A DNA stretch of 64,000 nt from an uncultured Nitrospinota bacterium (GCA_963707985.1 CAVPRW010000021.1:88671-152670); one strand, 5' to 3'; shown: positions 44,623 through 55,371, counted from the first letter of the stretch. Notes: generated by a model from the sequence alone, not told the origin. Made by a program: numbers and translations.

Positions 44623-44865
44623 ATGATAGAACGAGAGCCTCAGGAGAAACCCATCAAGAGAAACAAGGGGTTCATCTTTCAAAATGCCGATAAACGGCGC
44701 GCCCTTGACTTTACTGAGGGGCGTGATCCGAAAAAGTTCCTGCATCGACAGATGCAAGATTTCTCTGAAGGTGAACTGCAAGAATTGCAACACAAGATTG
44801 AAGCCTGGATGAAATCACCGCGGGTGGTGCCAACCTACCCGGAAACGGTCGTTGAGGAATATTAA
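44623..44865 (+). CDS. Small charged hypothetical protein (80 aa)
   Basis: Purine-rich RBS region, protein-like composition, downstream of a good promoter. No family recognised. Confidence 0.6.
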   Translation: MIEREPQEKPIKRNKGFIFQNADKRRALDFTEGRDPKKFLHRQMQDFSEGELQELQHKIEAWMKSPRVVPTYPETVVEEY

Positions 44866-45125
44866 GGCAGCGCCCTGAAGACGCGTGGGACGTTTTGCTG
44901 ATTATACGGTAGAAACCTAGCATTGATGCGGCAAGACGGGGGAGACACCAGTTGGTCGTTTCCCTCGCTTGCGTTAATGGGCTGCGATAGCCTTCGAGGT
45001 GGTTTTTCCGCAGCGCATTGCGGGAGCACAATCCCATCGACCGACCGGCGGTTCCTCCTGAGTCACAGTCCAAAGGTCCTGTGGCTCACCCCGGTGACGC
45101 TTCCACTACAGAAAGGACCGTGGGC

Positions 45126-45317
45126 ATGCGGTGGGTTGCCTCGATCATTTGGGCTCTGCTCGCAAGCTTGACCACGAATGGCTTCATTGCCTTTGTGATA
45201 GGCGGTCTTGACCACACCTGGGTGATTGTTGTGGTCAACCTCATGTGGCTGACGATATTTTTACGCATTTGCCCAACCATCTATGACATCTCCAGCCGCC
45301 CTTCTCCTCCAGGCTAG
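45126..45317 (+). CDS. Small two-TM membrane protein (63 aa)
   Basis: AGAAAGGA RBS, two hydrophobic helices. Confidence 0.55.
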   Translation: MRWVASIIWALLASLTTNGFIAFVIGGLDHTWVIVVVNLMWLTIFLRICPTIYDISSRPSPPG

Positions 45318-45503
45318 CTTTTTTCGTAGACTCGTTTAATCTCTCCCTCAGCCCAGGTAATCGCATCTTTGGTCGGCGTTCCTGTGACCGCCTTGGCATA
45401 TATATTGACGATGATATAGTTGTAGATAACGATTTGCGCATTCGGATCTGGGGTAGCCGGCCAGGTGTACAGATGAGAATATTGCCCAATCGTTTAATGG
45501 CTC

Positions 45504-46532
45504 CTATTTCAGATCAATGCTCCAGATCGGGTGAGTCGTAAATTTCGTAAATTTGGAAAATTTCCACCCGCCCATACTGCGGAGATTCACCACCGTATGG
45601 CGTCCACGGAGGCCTGCGGGAGTCTGGTGGAAATGGATTTGCTCAGCGACCTTCAGTTTCGAGGTCTTGGCGGTGATATAATGGCTCGATGGGTTCTGAA
45701 TCCAAGAGCCCTTGCCGGCGGTCATGAAGCGATTATTGCCGGCATTATCCCACGACAGTACCTGGGGTTCCATCGTTTCGTTGTAGAGAATCTTGACATA
45801 ATCAATCGACTCCGCCGTCTCTCTTGAGTTCAGGGCGATGGTGCTGCCGTCCGCCTCCATCACCTTGCCACCATGGCCCCAGAGGATCGAGAGCGTGCTC
45901 TGCACTGCGTCGGTGCATTGGCTGATCGCTACTCCGACGGGATGACCAAGGTTCGTTAACGGTTTCCCAGCTCGCAGCAAATCGTCCCAGGTATCCGGAG
46001 GTTTTTCCCCAACCTGGTCGAAGAGGTCTTTGCGATAGCTGCTTGGGAGAGAGATCCAGAAATAGGGGATACCCAACCAACGCCCATTGACGAAGGCGGA
46101 TTCAGGCCCAAATTGATAGAAGTCCCCCAGGTTCTTGATGACTGATTCTGCGACATCACTGACGTCGACCAGATTCGCCTCGTGCAGCCAGGCAACAATG
46201 AGATCCAGCTCGACCACGTCAGGGCCGGATTGAGTGGTGACCTCGGCTGCAAGTTTGGCGGGCATCTGCTCGCTGCGGAGATGATCCACCTTGACTGTGA
46301 CCCCCGCCTGTTTGGCGAACTCTTGTGCTTGCTCTTCAAGTTTTTTATCGGACGCGGGGACATAATGGGCAGTCGTTAGGACATTGATCTCCCGCTTTTG
46401 TGCATGAATGGCAGGGGGATGGTGCAGCGACAGCACTCCACCCAGCCCAGCACTGACACCAAGTGTCATACCGAGGAACTGGCGACGAGTCACTGTCTGC
46501 CATGTAGTAGATTGTTTGGTGTGCTTGCTCAG
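45504..46532 (-). pseudogene. Truncated carbohydrate-type ABC solute-binding protein (Tat signal)
   Basis: TRRQFL Tat motif, YRKDLF..PPDTWDDL, WDNAGNN. The RBS-adjacent codon is CTG, and the family-like sequence stops abruptly at about 340 aa. Confidence 0.65.
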
Positions 46533-46916
46533 ATTGCTTCCTTCCTGGTGGATCGGAGAGCCGTGTGTCAAGACAGTTGTGGAAATGTGTTGGGACACGA
46601 TATCCAAGCGTGCTTGTCCAACATGCACGGTGGTAATTTGACTCCTGCGGGATGAGGAGACGGTTAGGCGGGGAATGGCATCTCAAACCGAACGAGGGTC
46701 TACGCATCTCGAATAGGAAAGTCCGTAGAACTTCTACCAAACCCTTTCGGAGGCGTCGACTACTTTTTGCCTGCGTGCGGTGTTGCGGCAAGCGCTGCGG
46801 CGCCAGCTATTGGGGGGCCTCATGAGGTCATGCGCAGTCACTCGCCACTTGATGCGCATGCGTCAGAACGGTCTCAACGCTCGACTGCACTAGCATAGCC
46901 TCCAGGAGAATGATGC

Positions 46917-47816
46917 ATGGAATACCGTCTCCTCCCCCCAGTCTCGTTGGACGAATCTACCTTTGAGCGGCTCCTCCGTCAGCTTGATAACCCAACACAA
47001 CTTGCTGGTCGGCAGATGATCATCGATCTGGAACAGGTGCGCTTCGTCGACCCCTATGGCATGGTGGGGTTGTTGGCGCTCGCCCGTTTCCTTCGACAGC
47101 ATAGTTGTGAGCCCGTGCTCATGCTGCCACGCTCGGATGAAGTAATGAAGTACCTCGATCGCATGGACTTTTCCCGCCATGCCGAGCGCTTATGCACCAT
47201 CGATTTAACGACGCTCTGGCCAGATGGCGAGTACGCTCGGAGCACGCACTCGGATGTGCTGCTGGAAATCACCCCAATCGCCCGCTCAGAGGACATTCAC
47301 TACATTGTCGAACGCGTTCGCGAGCGTGCCCAAACGATTCTGTCCCAGAACCTGCACTATGAGCAGGCGGCCATCGATGGTTTTGTCGTCGCGCTTTCCG
47401 AGGTCTGTCAGAACATACCTGAGCATAGCGAGGATGTCGGCTATGTGGCAATCCAAAAATATTTTTATGGCCGGCGTCTTGGAAAAAATCTGGTCAAGAT
47501 CGCTGTGATGGACCTTGGCGTCGGCTTTCGCGCCTCCTTGGGCCCGAAATACGCGATCCGATCGACCGCGTGGTCGGATCTCACTGCCTTGCGATTGGCG
47601 ATATTCGAAGGGGCCTCGCGCTATGACGATCCCGGGCGGGGCCAGGGGTTGAGCGCTGTGCGGCGTTTCGTCGAACGCTGGCATGGCAAGCTGATGATTC
47701 GTTCCGGATCGGCGCGTGTCGGTCTTAGTCCTGCCTGGGATCGTAGCGCCACGCGTCAAAGCAAGCTCACCCCCTTCCCCGGGACTCAGGTGAGTATCGT
47801 GCTTCCCGAACTCTGA
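46917..47816 (+). CDS. STAS-like + GHKL/HATPase protein (RsbW/SpoIIAB-like kinase fold)
   Basis: N-terminal IIDLEQVRFVDPYG (STAS-like), N-box SEVCQNIPEHS, G1 MDLGVG, G2 GRGQGL. No His-phosphotransfer domain. AGGAG RBS. Confidence 0.8.
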   Translation: MEYRLLPPVSLDESTFERLLRQLDNPTQLAGRQMIIDLEQVRFVDPYGMVGLLALARFLRQHSCEPVLMLPRSDEVMKYLDRMDFSRHAERLCTIDLTTLWPDGEYARSTHSDVLLEITPIARSEDIHYIVERVRERAQTILSQNLHYEQAAIDGFVVALSEVCQNIPEHSEDVGYVAIQKYFYGRRLGKNLVKIAVMDLGVGFRASLGPKYAIRSTAWSDLTALRLAIFEGASRYDDPGRGQGLSAVRRFVERWHGKLMIRSGSARVGLSPAWDRSATRQSKLTPFPGTQVSIVLPEL

Positions 47817-48003
47817 TCCTTTCATCTTATCCCCCTAGGCTACCCCCACTATACCGGGTAAATCCTCTCCTGGCACCATACTGTGCTGGCTCCGGGACCT
47901 CCCATCTGCGTAGATTTCAGCCCCTCTCGCCATCGAGCCTTAAATGGTTTATACTGAAAATCAGCGGAGATAGACCGCACCCCATTTTAGAGGGCTTTTT
48001 TGC

Positions 48004-48051
48004 TTGACTTCTTCGGCAGCGCGAGTAGAATTGTGCTTGTTCAATTGAACA
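48004..48051 (+). promoter_or_regulatory. Promoter with an adjacent perfect 14-bp palindrome (candidate operator)
   Basis: TTGACT-16 bp-TAGAAT (48004-31), then TGTTCAATTGAACA (48038-51). Confidence 0.65.
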
Positions 48052-48060
48052 CGTAAAGGA

Positions 48061-48657
48061 ATGGGTGCTATGGAAACGACCACCACGCGGGCGATTTATG
48101 ATTTGCAGGATCTTATGGATGAACATGTGACCACCAGCAACCTAGTCACACGGGAGACCGGGCGTTCGATGCGCGAGTCCATCGAGCTCCGCCTGGAGCG
48201 CGAACCGGAAGGCACCGTTGTGGCGTTGGACTTCTCGCACGTGGGCATTATCGATTTTTCGTGTGCTGATGAGATCATCAGCAAGCTGGTCGCCCGCTTG
48301 CAGGGGATGGAGTATGGCGATAAATATGTCGTCCTCCATGGCCTGACGCCAACCCACGAAGAGAATATCACCGTCGCCTTGGAACGTAAGAAGCTTGCCG
48401 TGTTGGTGAGCCGCCCGGATGGCTCGTGGCGCTTGTTGGGGAGTTTGAACCCCTACCTCAATGAGGCGCTACAGTTCGTCATGCATCAGAAAGAGATCAC
48501 CGCTCGTGACCTGGCGGATGACACGCAAGTCGAAATCAGCCTGGCCAGTACGAAGCTGCTGAACTTGTTCAAGGCACGTCTGGTGCAACGCACGAGTGAG
48601 CGCTTGCCAGACGGAGGTCGGCAATTCATCTATCGTTCGTTGTTCGTCGAACGCTGA
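48061..48657 (+). CDS. STAS-like (DUF4325-like) domain fused to a winged-helix DNA-binding domain
   Basis: LVTRETGRSMRE..VALDFSHVGIIDFSCADEII, and C-terminal ITARDLAD..ISLASTKLLNLFKARLVQR..GGRQFIY. Confidence 0.72.
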   Translation: MGAMETTTTRAIYDLQDLMDEHVTTSNLVTRETGRSMRESIELRLEREPEGTVVALDFSHVGIIDFSCADEIISKLVARLQGMEYGDKYVVLHGLTPTHEENITVALERKKLAVLVSRPDGSWRLLGSLNPYLNEALQFVMHQKEITARDLADDTQVEISLASTKLLNLFKARLVQRTSERLPDGGRQFIYRSLFVER

Positions 48658-48746
48658 GGTGTACTGGTGACCGGCAGATGGCTCCCACACGACGGGCCAG
48701 GCCATTGAGTCCTGTACACCCATGTCTGTTGAAGGGAGAGTATCTC

Positions 48747-51083
48747 ATGATGAAGACGTCGCGACCCATGCAGGTAGGCCAATGGACAGAATCTGCCATG
48801 AAAGTCATGAAGGAGCGCTATTTAGCCCGCGATGCCCAGGGGCGACAAGAAACTCCCGAGGACATGTGCTGGCGGGTCGCGACCGCGGTCGCAGCCGCGG
48901 AGGAACAGTGGGGTCGCAGCTCGGAAGAAGTCGAGGCCATCGCGGAAGAGTTTTACAATGTTATGGTCGAGAACCTTTTTCTGCCGAATTCCCCCACGCT
49001 CATGAACGCTGGGACCAACAACGGCCTGGGCTACTCTGCCTGTTTTGTGTTGCCTGTAGAAGATTCCATCGAGGGCATCTTCGAGGCGATCAAGTACGCC
49101 GCGCTGATCCACAAGTCGGGCGGCGGGACGGGCTTTGCCTTCAGTCGCCTGCGCCCGAAAGGGAGTCAAGTACGAAGCACCGCCGGTGTGGCCTCGGGGC
49201 CGGTGTCGTTCATGCGCGTCTTCGATGCGGCCACGGAGCAGGTTAAACAGGGGGGACGACGACGCGGCGCCAATATGGGTATTCTGCGAGTGGATCACCC
49301 GGATATTTTGGAGTTTATCAACTCCAAGATCGAGGGAGGCATCACCAACTTCAACATCTCTGTGGCTGCTACCGATCGCTTCATGGAGGCGCTGTCCAAA
49401 GACCAAAGCTATGAGCTCATCGACCCCCGTACCAAACAGGTGACTGGTAGCCTATCAGCCCGCCAGGTGTTTGAACGGATTATTCAAGCAGCCTGGCAGA
49501 CGGGTGATCCAGGGATGGTATTTATCGACCGGATTAATGCCAGTCGCGCCAACCCCATTCCGGACATCGAGCAGATCGAAGCGACGAACCCGTGTGGCGA
49601 ACAGCCACTTGGTCCGAACGATGCCTGTAATCTTGGGTCGATTAACCTGGTCAAATTTGCTCATCCGAGTGATTTCACCGATCCGAATGGTCATGGTCAC
49701 GGTGATCGAGTCGATTGGGCGGCGCTTGAGCGTGTGGTGCGCCTGGCCGTACACTTTCTCGACGATGTGATCGAGGTAAACCCCTATCCGCTCTCAGCGA
49801 TCGATGAAGAAGTCAAGCATAATCGGCGCATTGGCCTCGGGGTGATGGGATGGGCTGACCTCTTGCTGGAGCTGGGAATTCCGTATGGCAGCGAGGAGGC
49901 ACTTACCCTAGCCGATCGGTTGATGGGCTTTATCGAGCGCGTTGGGCATGAAGAGTCGGCTCGTTTAGCGACGGAACGCGAGCCGTTCTCACGATGGTCG
50001 CAAAGCATCTATCGCCACGAGAAGCCGCTGCGGAATTCGACCGTGACGACGATCGCGCCGACGGGAACCATCAGCATCATCGCTGGGTGTTCCTCGGGCA
50101 TTGAGCCGTTGTTTGCTGTGGCCTATAGCCATATCGTGGGAAACCGGCACCTCACCTTCGTCAATCCCCAGTTCGAACGCCTGGCCAGAGCGCGCGGCTT
50201 TTATAGTGAAGGCCTGATGAACAAAGTCGCTGCTCAGGGCACCGTGCAGGGGTTATCAGAGGTGCCAGCCGATGTCCAACAGGTTTTCGTAACGGCGCAT
50301 CAGATCGCCCCAGAGTGGCACGTGCGGACGCAGGCGGGTTTTCAGCGTCACCTTGACAATGGCTGTTCGAAAACGATCAATCTGCCGCATACGGCCTCAG
50401 TTGAAGATGTCGGCAACGCCTATCTACTGGCCTACGAATTGGGCTGCTTGGGCATCACGGTGTTTCGCGATGGTAGTAAGTCAGATCAAGTCTTGCATGT
50501 TGGCACAGCGGGTAAAACCGCGCCTGCGGCCGAGGGGCCCGCAGTGGAAGGAGGCAAAGGGATGGCTGAGCCTCCAGCGCCCGAAAGCGCGCGCCAGGTC
50601 GTCAAGCCCAGGCCACGTAAGGTCCAGGGGGTAACGTATCGCGTGGCGACGCCTCTGGGCACGGCCTTTATCACGGTGAATACCAATGGTAATGATGAAC
50701 CTTTTGAAGTTTTCGCCAATGTGGGCAAGGCTGGCAGCGATACGGCTTCGGTTTCCGAGGCCGTGGGACGCCTGATCTCCATGATTCTACGGTTGCCCTC
50801 GCCGTTAACACCGACGGAGCGCTTGCGGGAGGTCGCGGGACAGCTCAAGGGCATTGGTGGCGGGCGACATCTGGGATACGGTCGCGCCCGTATTCGCTCC
50901 TTACCGGATGCCATTGCCCAGGTCCTGGCTGAACATCTGGGGATAGCCGAAGTCGAGGAAACCGCGTCGTCACAGCCCACGCCCGAAAGCGTTGGTGATC
51001 TCTGCCCTGAATGCGGCCAGGCCACCTTGGTCTTCGAGGAAGGTTGCCAGAAGTGTTATTCCTGTGGCTACACGGAGTGCTGA
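48747..51083 (+). CDS. nrdJ: Class II (adenosylcobalamin-dependent) ribonucleotide reductase with C-terminal TSCPD/zinc-ribbon region
   Basis: [50 protein letters not shown]-terminal [19 protein letters not shown]. No N-terminal ATP cone visible. Confidence 0.93.
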   Translation: MMKTSRPMQVGQWTESAMKVMKERYLARDAQGRQETPEDMCWRVATAVAAAEEQWGRSSEEVEAIAEEFYNVMVENLFLPNSPTLMNAGTNNGLGYSACFVLPVEDSIEGIFEAIKYAALIHKSGGGTGFAFSRLRPKGSQVRSTAGVASGPVSFMRVFDAATEQVKQGGRRRGANMGILRVDHPDILEFINSKIEGGITNFNISVAATDRFMEALSKDQSYELIDPRTKQVTGSLSARQVFERIIQAAWQTGDPGMVFIDRINASRANPIPDIEQIEATNPCGEQPLGPNDACNLGSINLVKFAHPSDFTDPNGHGHGDRVDWAALERVVRLAVHFLDDVIEVNPYPLSAIDEEVKHNRRIGLGVMGWADLLLELGIPYGSEEALTLADRLMGFIERVGHEESARLATEREPFSRWSQSIYRHEKPLRNSTVTTIAPTGTISIIAGCSSGIEPLFAVAYSHIVGNRHLTFVNPQFERLARARGFYSEGLMNKVAAQGTVQGLSEVPADVQQVFVTAHQIAPEWHVRTQAGFQRHLDNGCSKTINLPHTASVEDVGNAYLLAYELGCLGITVFRDGSKSDQVLHVGTAGKTAPAAEGPAVEGGKGMAEPPAPESARQVVKPRPRKVQGVTYRVATPLGTAFITVNTNGNDEPFEVFANVGKAGSDTASVSEAVGRLISMILRLPSPLTPTERLREVAGQLKGIGGGRHLGYGRARIRSLPDAIAQVLAEHLGIAEVEETASSQPTPESVGDLCPECGQATLVFEEGCQKCYSCGYTEC

Positions 51084-51136
51084 AGTCCACCCTCATGAGA
51101 CCATAGATGTGTTTCTGCTAATCCCAGCTCCCTTCT

Positions 51137-51163
51137 AGGCGTCCCCCAAACCAGGGACGCCTA
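51137..51163 (+). terminator. Hairpin after nrdJ
   Basis: TAGGCGTCCC...GGGACGCCTA 10-bp stem. Confidence 0.55.
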
Positions 51164-51266
51164 CCCTTCTCCCACAACCACCTGAACGATGCTACTGAGA
51201 TTGTCGGTTAGGAACAGAAGCGTACTGTCTCTGAGGCGGAGGTTGATTATTCCAGAGGAGGACAGC

Positions 51267-51554
51267 ATGGAGGGGCAACGTGCGGGTGATATGCTGATGG
51301 ACCTGGCAGAGGCGGCGGCAATTCAGGATGAGCTCGTCCAACATCGACTAGGAATCGAGTGGGCCAAAACGCTCCTTGATCGGCTATTGCGCACTTGGAT
51401 GCAATTGGAGACTCATGAAGAGATGGCATACGAAGATAAGGTGAGGTCTCAGGTCATCCTGGTAAATGAAGCCATGACGAGCCTGTCAGACCTTCACAAA
51501 ACGTTGGGACGCTTCAGTGTACAGCTCAAGGACCATCAACGGCGCTTAAACTAG
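51267..51554 (+). CDS. Small helical/coiled-coil hypothetical protein
   Basis: GAGGAGG RBS before ATG 51267, amphipathic helical composition. Confidence 0.6.
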   Translation: MEGQRAGDMLMDLAEAAAIQDELVQHRLGIEWAKTLLDRLLRTWMQLETHEEMAYEDKVRSQVILVNEAMTSLSDLHKTLGRFSVQLKDHQRRLN

Positions 51555-51627
51555 CGAAAAGGTCAGCTGAGCAGACAACCACAGAAATAACCCAAGTTGG
51601 GCCTCACATGTGCCGGAATCAGTAGCC

Positions 51628-51770
51628 ATGACGAAGCTAGAGAAACCAATTACCTTCGAGAGCGTCTTTGGAACCTATATTGTCGCCGAGTTGCTGGGCG
51701 AAGGTGGCTCTGGTCGCGTCTATGGAGGTACGTACCCAGACAGAACCACCTGTCGCCCTGAAAGTTCCTG
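51628..51770 (+). pseudogene. N-terminal stub of a Ser/Thr protein kinase
   Basis: LLGEGGSGRVY glycine loop, then VALKV in a shifted frame; nothing further is recognisable. Confidence 0.6.
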
Positions 51771-52445
51771 GTGGATCTTCCACACCTGGCCCCGCCACCC
51801 TGGCCCCAGTGCCCACCCAACCACCGAGGACGGTGGACCCTCGACCAACGCCCCCGCGAAAATGCTTCCCATGCGGGTCAGGCAGGATTACACTGCCCTA
51901 TGAGCTGGCGCGCGGTTCCCTTCAACAGCATTGTTGGGTCGGCGGCGCGCTACAACAACTCTCTTTCGTTCGGCGTTCGGGGGCACCAGAGGCAGATGCG
52001 TTGCATTTTCTGTAAAAAATTTCCGGCACTTCTACTGCAGCAGCTGAAGGCTAGCGTTCGGCGTCTTACAATTCTGGAGAGTGTTCAATTGCAGAGAGAT
52101 ATTAACCCTATTCATCTCTCTATCTCGTTGACTTCTCAAGAGAGTTGTTCTGCCTACCTCTCTAATTTTTAACACTCTCGTACGACAAACTCCGCGACGT
52201 ACTAGCCCCGGTCTCAAGCGATGATGTGCATGCACTCATCGTTCTTCACGAGAACGCTTTCATACCGCAAGGGCACTGGTGCCCGCAAGAGTAGTGGTGC
52301 CCAACCCTTCCATCGCGTGGACCCTCCCCGGCCTGCGGGCCTCCAGGGGCCGCTCATGTCAAGCGTTAGGCCTCGTGGGCAAGCATAAGTCCATAGGCAA
52401 GAATAGCCAGCTCAGGCGATCCAATCAGACGAAAGCGATCAACCG

Positions 52446-52709
52446 ATGGCAGAGCCCAGAAGACGGCGGTTACTCCAAAAACTCCAGTCGGGCTCCAAAA
52501 ACATCCGCTTTGCAGAAGCCGTCGCCTATGCGGGAGCTGTCGGATTTCGACTCGCGAGGATTCCCGGCTGTCATCACATCTACGTCCGTGCAAGTGTTCC
52601 CGAATTACTCAATCTCCAGAATGTGCGCGGACTAGGGAAGCAGTATCAGATCGAGCACCACCTCCAGCTCATTGAACGCTATAATCTTGCTATGGAGGAT
52701 GAGACATGA
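52446..52709 (+). CDS. hicA: HicA-like mRNA interferase toxin (possibly degenerate)
   Basis: KNIRFAE..GFRL.RI.GCHHIY..ELLNLQ..KQYQI pattern; the GSH motif reads GCH. Confidence 0.7.
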   Translation: MAEPRRRRLLQKLQSGSKNIRFAEAVAYAGAVGFRLARIPGCHHIYVRASVPELLNLQNVRGLGKQYQIEHHLQLIERYNLAMEDET

Positions 52710-52835
52710 AGGATCAGCATGTTAACGTATTTTACAGTGAAGACGACGAAGGATACATTGCGGCTATCCCTGACCTTCAGTCGTGTTCGGCGTTTGGCGA
52801 CACCCCCGAAGAGGCTTTGCAGCCGGTGCAGATGT
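52706..52835 (+). pseudogene. hicB: Truncated HicB-like antitoxin
   Basis: VFYSEDDEGYIAAIPDLQSCSAFGDTPEEAL, then loss of family pattern. ATGA overlap with hicA. Confidence 0.7.
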
Positions 52836-53334
52836 TCCGCCATGCGGAGGAGTTGGGGATGAGTCATGGCCCACCTCCTGCCCCACCAGGGCGTCCCACA
52901 CTGCCAACTCCCGGATGGCGACCTCAGGACCCGCATCCGGCGACGCCGCCGGCGCGTCCGGTGCGGGGGGGACGAGCGTCGGCCGGGCTCGGCGTAGCTG
53001 GTCGTGAGCCGGCTCCACGCAGAGCTGATGTGGGCTGCGCACCTGGCGATGCGTCGCCATGAGGGTGCCTTGACGATCGATCTGGACGCTCATCTCGCCA
53101 CCCTATTGAATCTCCACGGTTTGCCCGACAGGCGCGGCGGAGACCGAGTCGCGATTCGTCTCCGCAGTAACGAGGCCATCCCGAGCGACGGTTTACAGCA
53201 GGCTGGTCTGCAACACATAGGGGGGGCGGCCCCCAGGCGCGCGCAGCCGCTCCTTCCCAAGGGCCCCGGTAAGCTTGCGCAAGGTGCTGCCATGGATAGC
53301 CATGTTGGGCCTCAGCGGGAGAGAAAACCGGCCA

Positions 53335-53748
53335 TCAAGGGGCCACATAGATCATCCATGGTACCCCGAAGCGGTCGGCGACCATGCCGAAGCGCGAGGA
53401 AAAGAACGTTGTGGCCAACGGCATCTGCACCTGCCCGCCGTCGGCCAGCGAAGCGAACAACCGCTCAGCCTCGGCATCGTTCGGCACCATGAGCGACAGC
53501 GAAAAGCCCTGGAAGGCCGGCCGTCCTTCACATCGACCGTCGGAAGCCAACACCGTGGTCTCGCCGATGCGGAGGCTCATATGCATCACTTTGTCCTCGG
53601 CAGCAGGTGGGACCATGCCGGGTGCATGGGGCTCAGGGCTGTCCTTGAAGCGCATGAGCATGGTGACCTCTGCGCCAAGCGCGCGGCGGTAAAATTCGAC
53701 CGCCTCCTCGCAGCGACCGTCGAAGAACAAATAGGGTTGGACTTGCAT
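53335..53748 (-). CDS. VOC/PhnB (3-demethylubiquinone-9 methyltransferase-like) protein
   Basis: QPYLFFDGRCEEAVEFY, KVMH, TFFSSRFGMVADRFGVPWM. Confidence 0.9.
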   Translation of the reverse strand: MQVQPYLFFDGRCEEAVEFYRRALGAEVTMLMRFKDSPEPHAPGMVPPAAEDKVMHMSLRIGETTVLASDGRCEGRPAFQGFSLSLMVPNDAEAERLFASLADGGQVQMPLATTFFSSRFGMVADRFGVPWMIYVAP

Positions 53749-53824
53749 GGCGTCTCCTTGTCAGGTCTTGGACGTGGTCGTTGCACTCTGGTGCCATCAG
53801 CGGTGAAGAGCCATGGCCATCATG

Positions 53825-54307
53825 CTACTTCATCCGCCGATAGTTCGCCACCATGATCGCGTGCCATTCCCCGTCATCGCCCAGCATGTGCGCGGTCAGC
53901 TGCCGGTGATCGTGGCCCTTGAGCTCGATCACATCCTTGTACTTCGCCATCTTTCCCTCGGCGGCCATGTGGGGACCCTCGGCGTTGAGCGTCAGCACCC
54001 TGCCGGTTGGGTCCAGCACCCCATCGTATACCCAGAGGTGGGTCATCATCGACCCGATCCATGTGCCCACGTAGCGCTGCTTCTGCGGGTCATAGCCGAG
54101 CGTCAGCACGGTTGTGGCGGTTCCGCCGCCAGGCATCTCGCCCTGTCCCTCGGCCAGGATCCAGAGGGCACCGAGCGACCGCACGTGCTCGGTGCCCTGG
54201 CACTTCGACGTTGGCTGGCCCGGCTCGCACATCGCATCAGCTTCGTACGTCCAGGCGCCGACGAGCTTCTGTAGCCACTGGTGTTCCTTCTGCGGTTCGG
54301 TCATCAT
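53825..54307 (-). CDS. DUF1579-like protein
   Basis: EPQKEHQWLQKLVGAW, TLGYDPQKQRYVGTWIGSM. Adjacent to a VOC gene. Confidence 0.8.
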   Translation of the reverse strand: MMTEPQKEHQWLQKLVGAWTYEADAMCEPGQPTSKCQGTEHVRSLGALWILAEGQGEMPGGGTATTVLTLGYDPQKQRYVGTWIGSMMTHLWVYDGVLDPTGRVLTLNAEGPHMAAEGKMAKYKDVIELKGHDHRQLTAHMLGDDGEWHAIMVANYRRMK

Positions 54308-54719
54308 GTCTTCATCTCCTATCTATTGTTGTCGCGGTTCCGATGGGTTTCGGTTCGGTCGCCGTCGGGTACAGCGAGTTGGCGGCACGATATCGTCCAA
54401 GATGCTTGATCTCAGGCGTGAGCTGCACGGACTCCGCGTCACACGCCTGTCGTGTGCCCTTACTCAGGACGCGCTTGTCCATGTGTCTCAGCACCATTTT
54501 TGTCGTATGTGTGCTTCCATCGGTTAGTCGAACGACGAGTGCCCGGTTCGACACTCAAGCGTGAAATAATTTGCGTGTGACGAAAATCTCTGGAATACCA
54601 TAGGAATAGGCATAGGACTGGAGGCGCAAGTTGAAAGCCACCGGGTCTTGGCTACCAGCTCTGCAAGTCCCCTTGGTGACCTACCCAAGGACCATTTGCT
54701 ACGACTGCCAGCTGAGAGC

Positions 54720-54860
54720 CAGTCGATTAGACTCCGGAGGAAGGCGCCCCGTGATACGCCCGACTCTTTCCCCATATAGAAGTCGAAACTGAATACGACG
54801 TCATCCGCCGTGAGCGTATCCCCATCGTGAAAGATGCCCCCCCTTGTGGAGCGTGAACAC
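54720..54860 (-). pseudogene. Remnant of a family-5 (peptide/nickel) ABC solute-binding protein
   Basis: FHDGDTLTADDVVFSF signature in otherwise broken sequence. Confidence 0.55.
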
Positions 54861-55371
54861 AGACGTCGGCAGGCTCGATGATGACCGCTTCTTGCTCCCG
54901 GCACCTGTGCGATAACCACACCATTCCATTTCTCTGTTGAATGCGCTCGCAAATGGTGTACCAACCTCTAAAACCATATGAGCCCCCGCGTTTCCCTGAC
55001 TGTATCGGCAGGCACGTGCCCGATGTCTGCCGCAAAATCGGGCGCCTTGCCCCTCTTTGCCCACAGTCTATGCACAGAGGGGCTCTTGGTTTGTACGATG
55101 GGGAGGGAATTGCGTGGAGAGCGTTACTATGTAGCACTACCAATCCGTAAGCTTCCCGGTTTGGAATGTCTACCGTGACCTGTGGGCGCTCGCGCTCATG
55201 GATGCGTGACGCACCCGTTTTCCGGCGTAAGGACCAGCTGCCTGAGGCCGCCGGCATCAGCCCCATGCACCTCACGCCTGCCGCCCCAGTGAAGGACGGC
55301 CAGCAAGCGCCGTGTTGCGGCCGTCGCGTTGTCGTGCCGCAGCAGGCGACCGCACAGGGTCTTTGTCGGGC

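Noticed and set aside
47840-47890. NrdR boxes upstream of the nrdJ unit (CCCCACTATACCGGGT, GCACCATACTGTGC)
   Set aside because: Several mismatches at conserved positions and far from the predicted promoter; too weak to call without a matrix scan.
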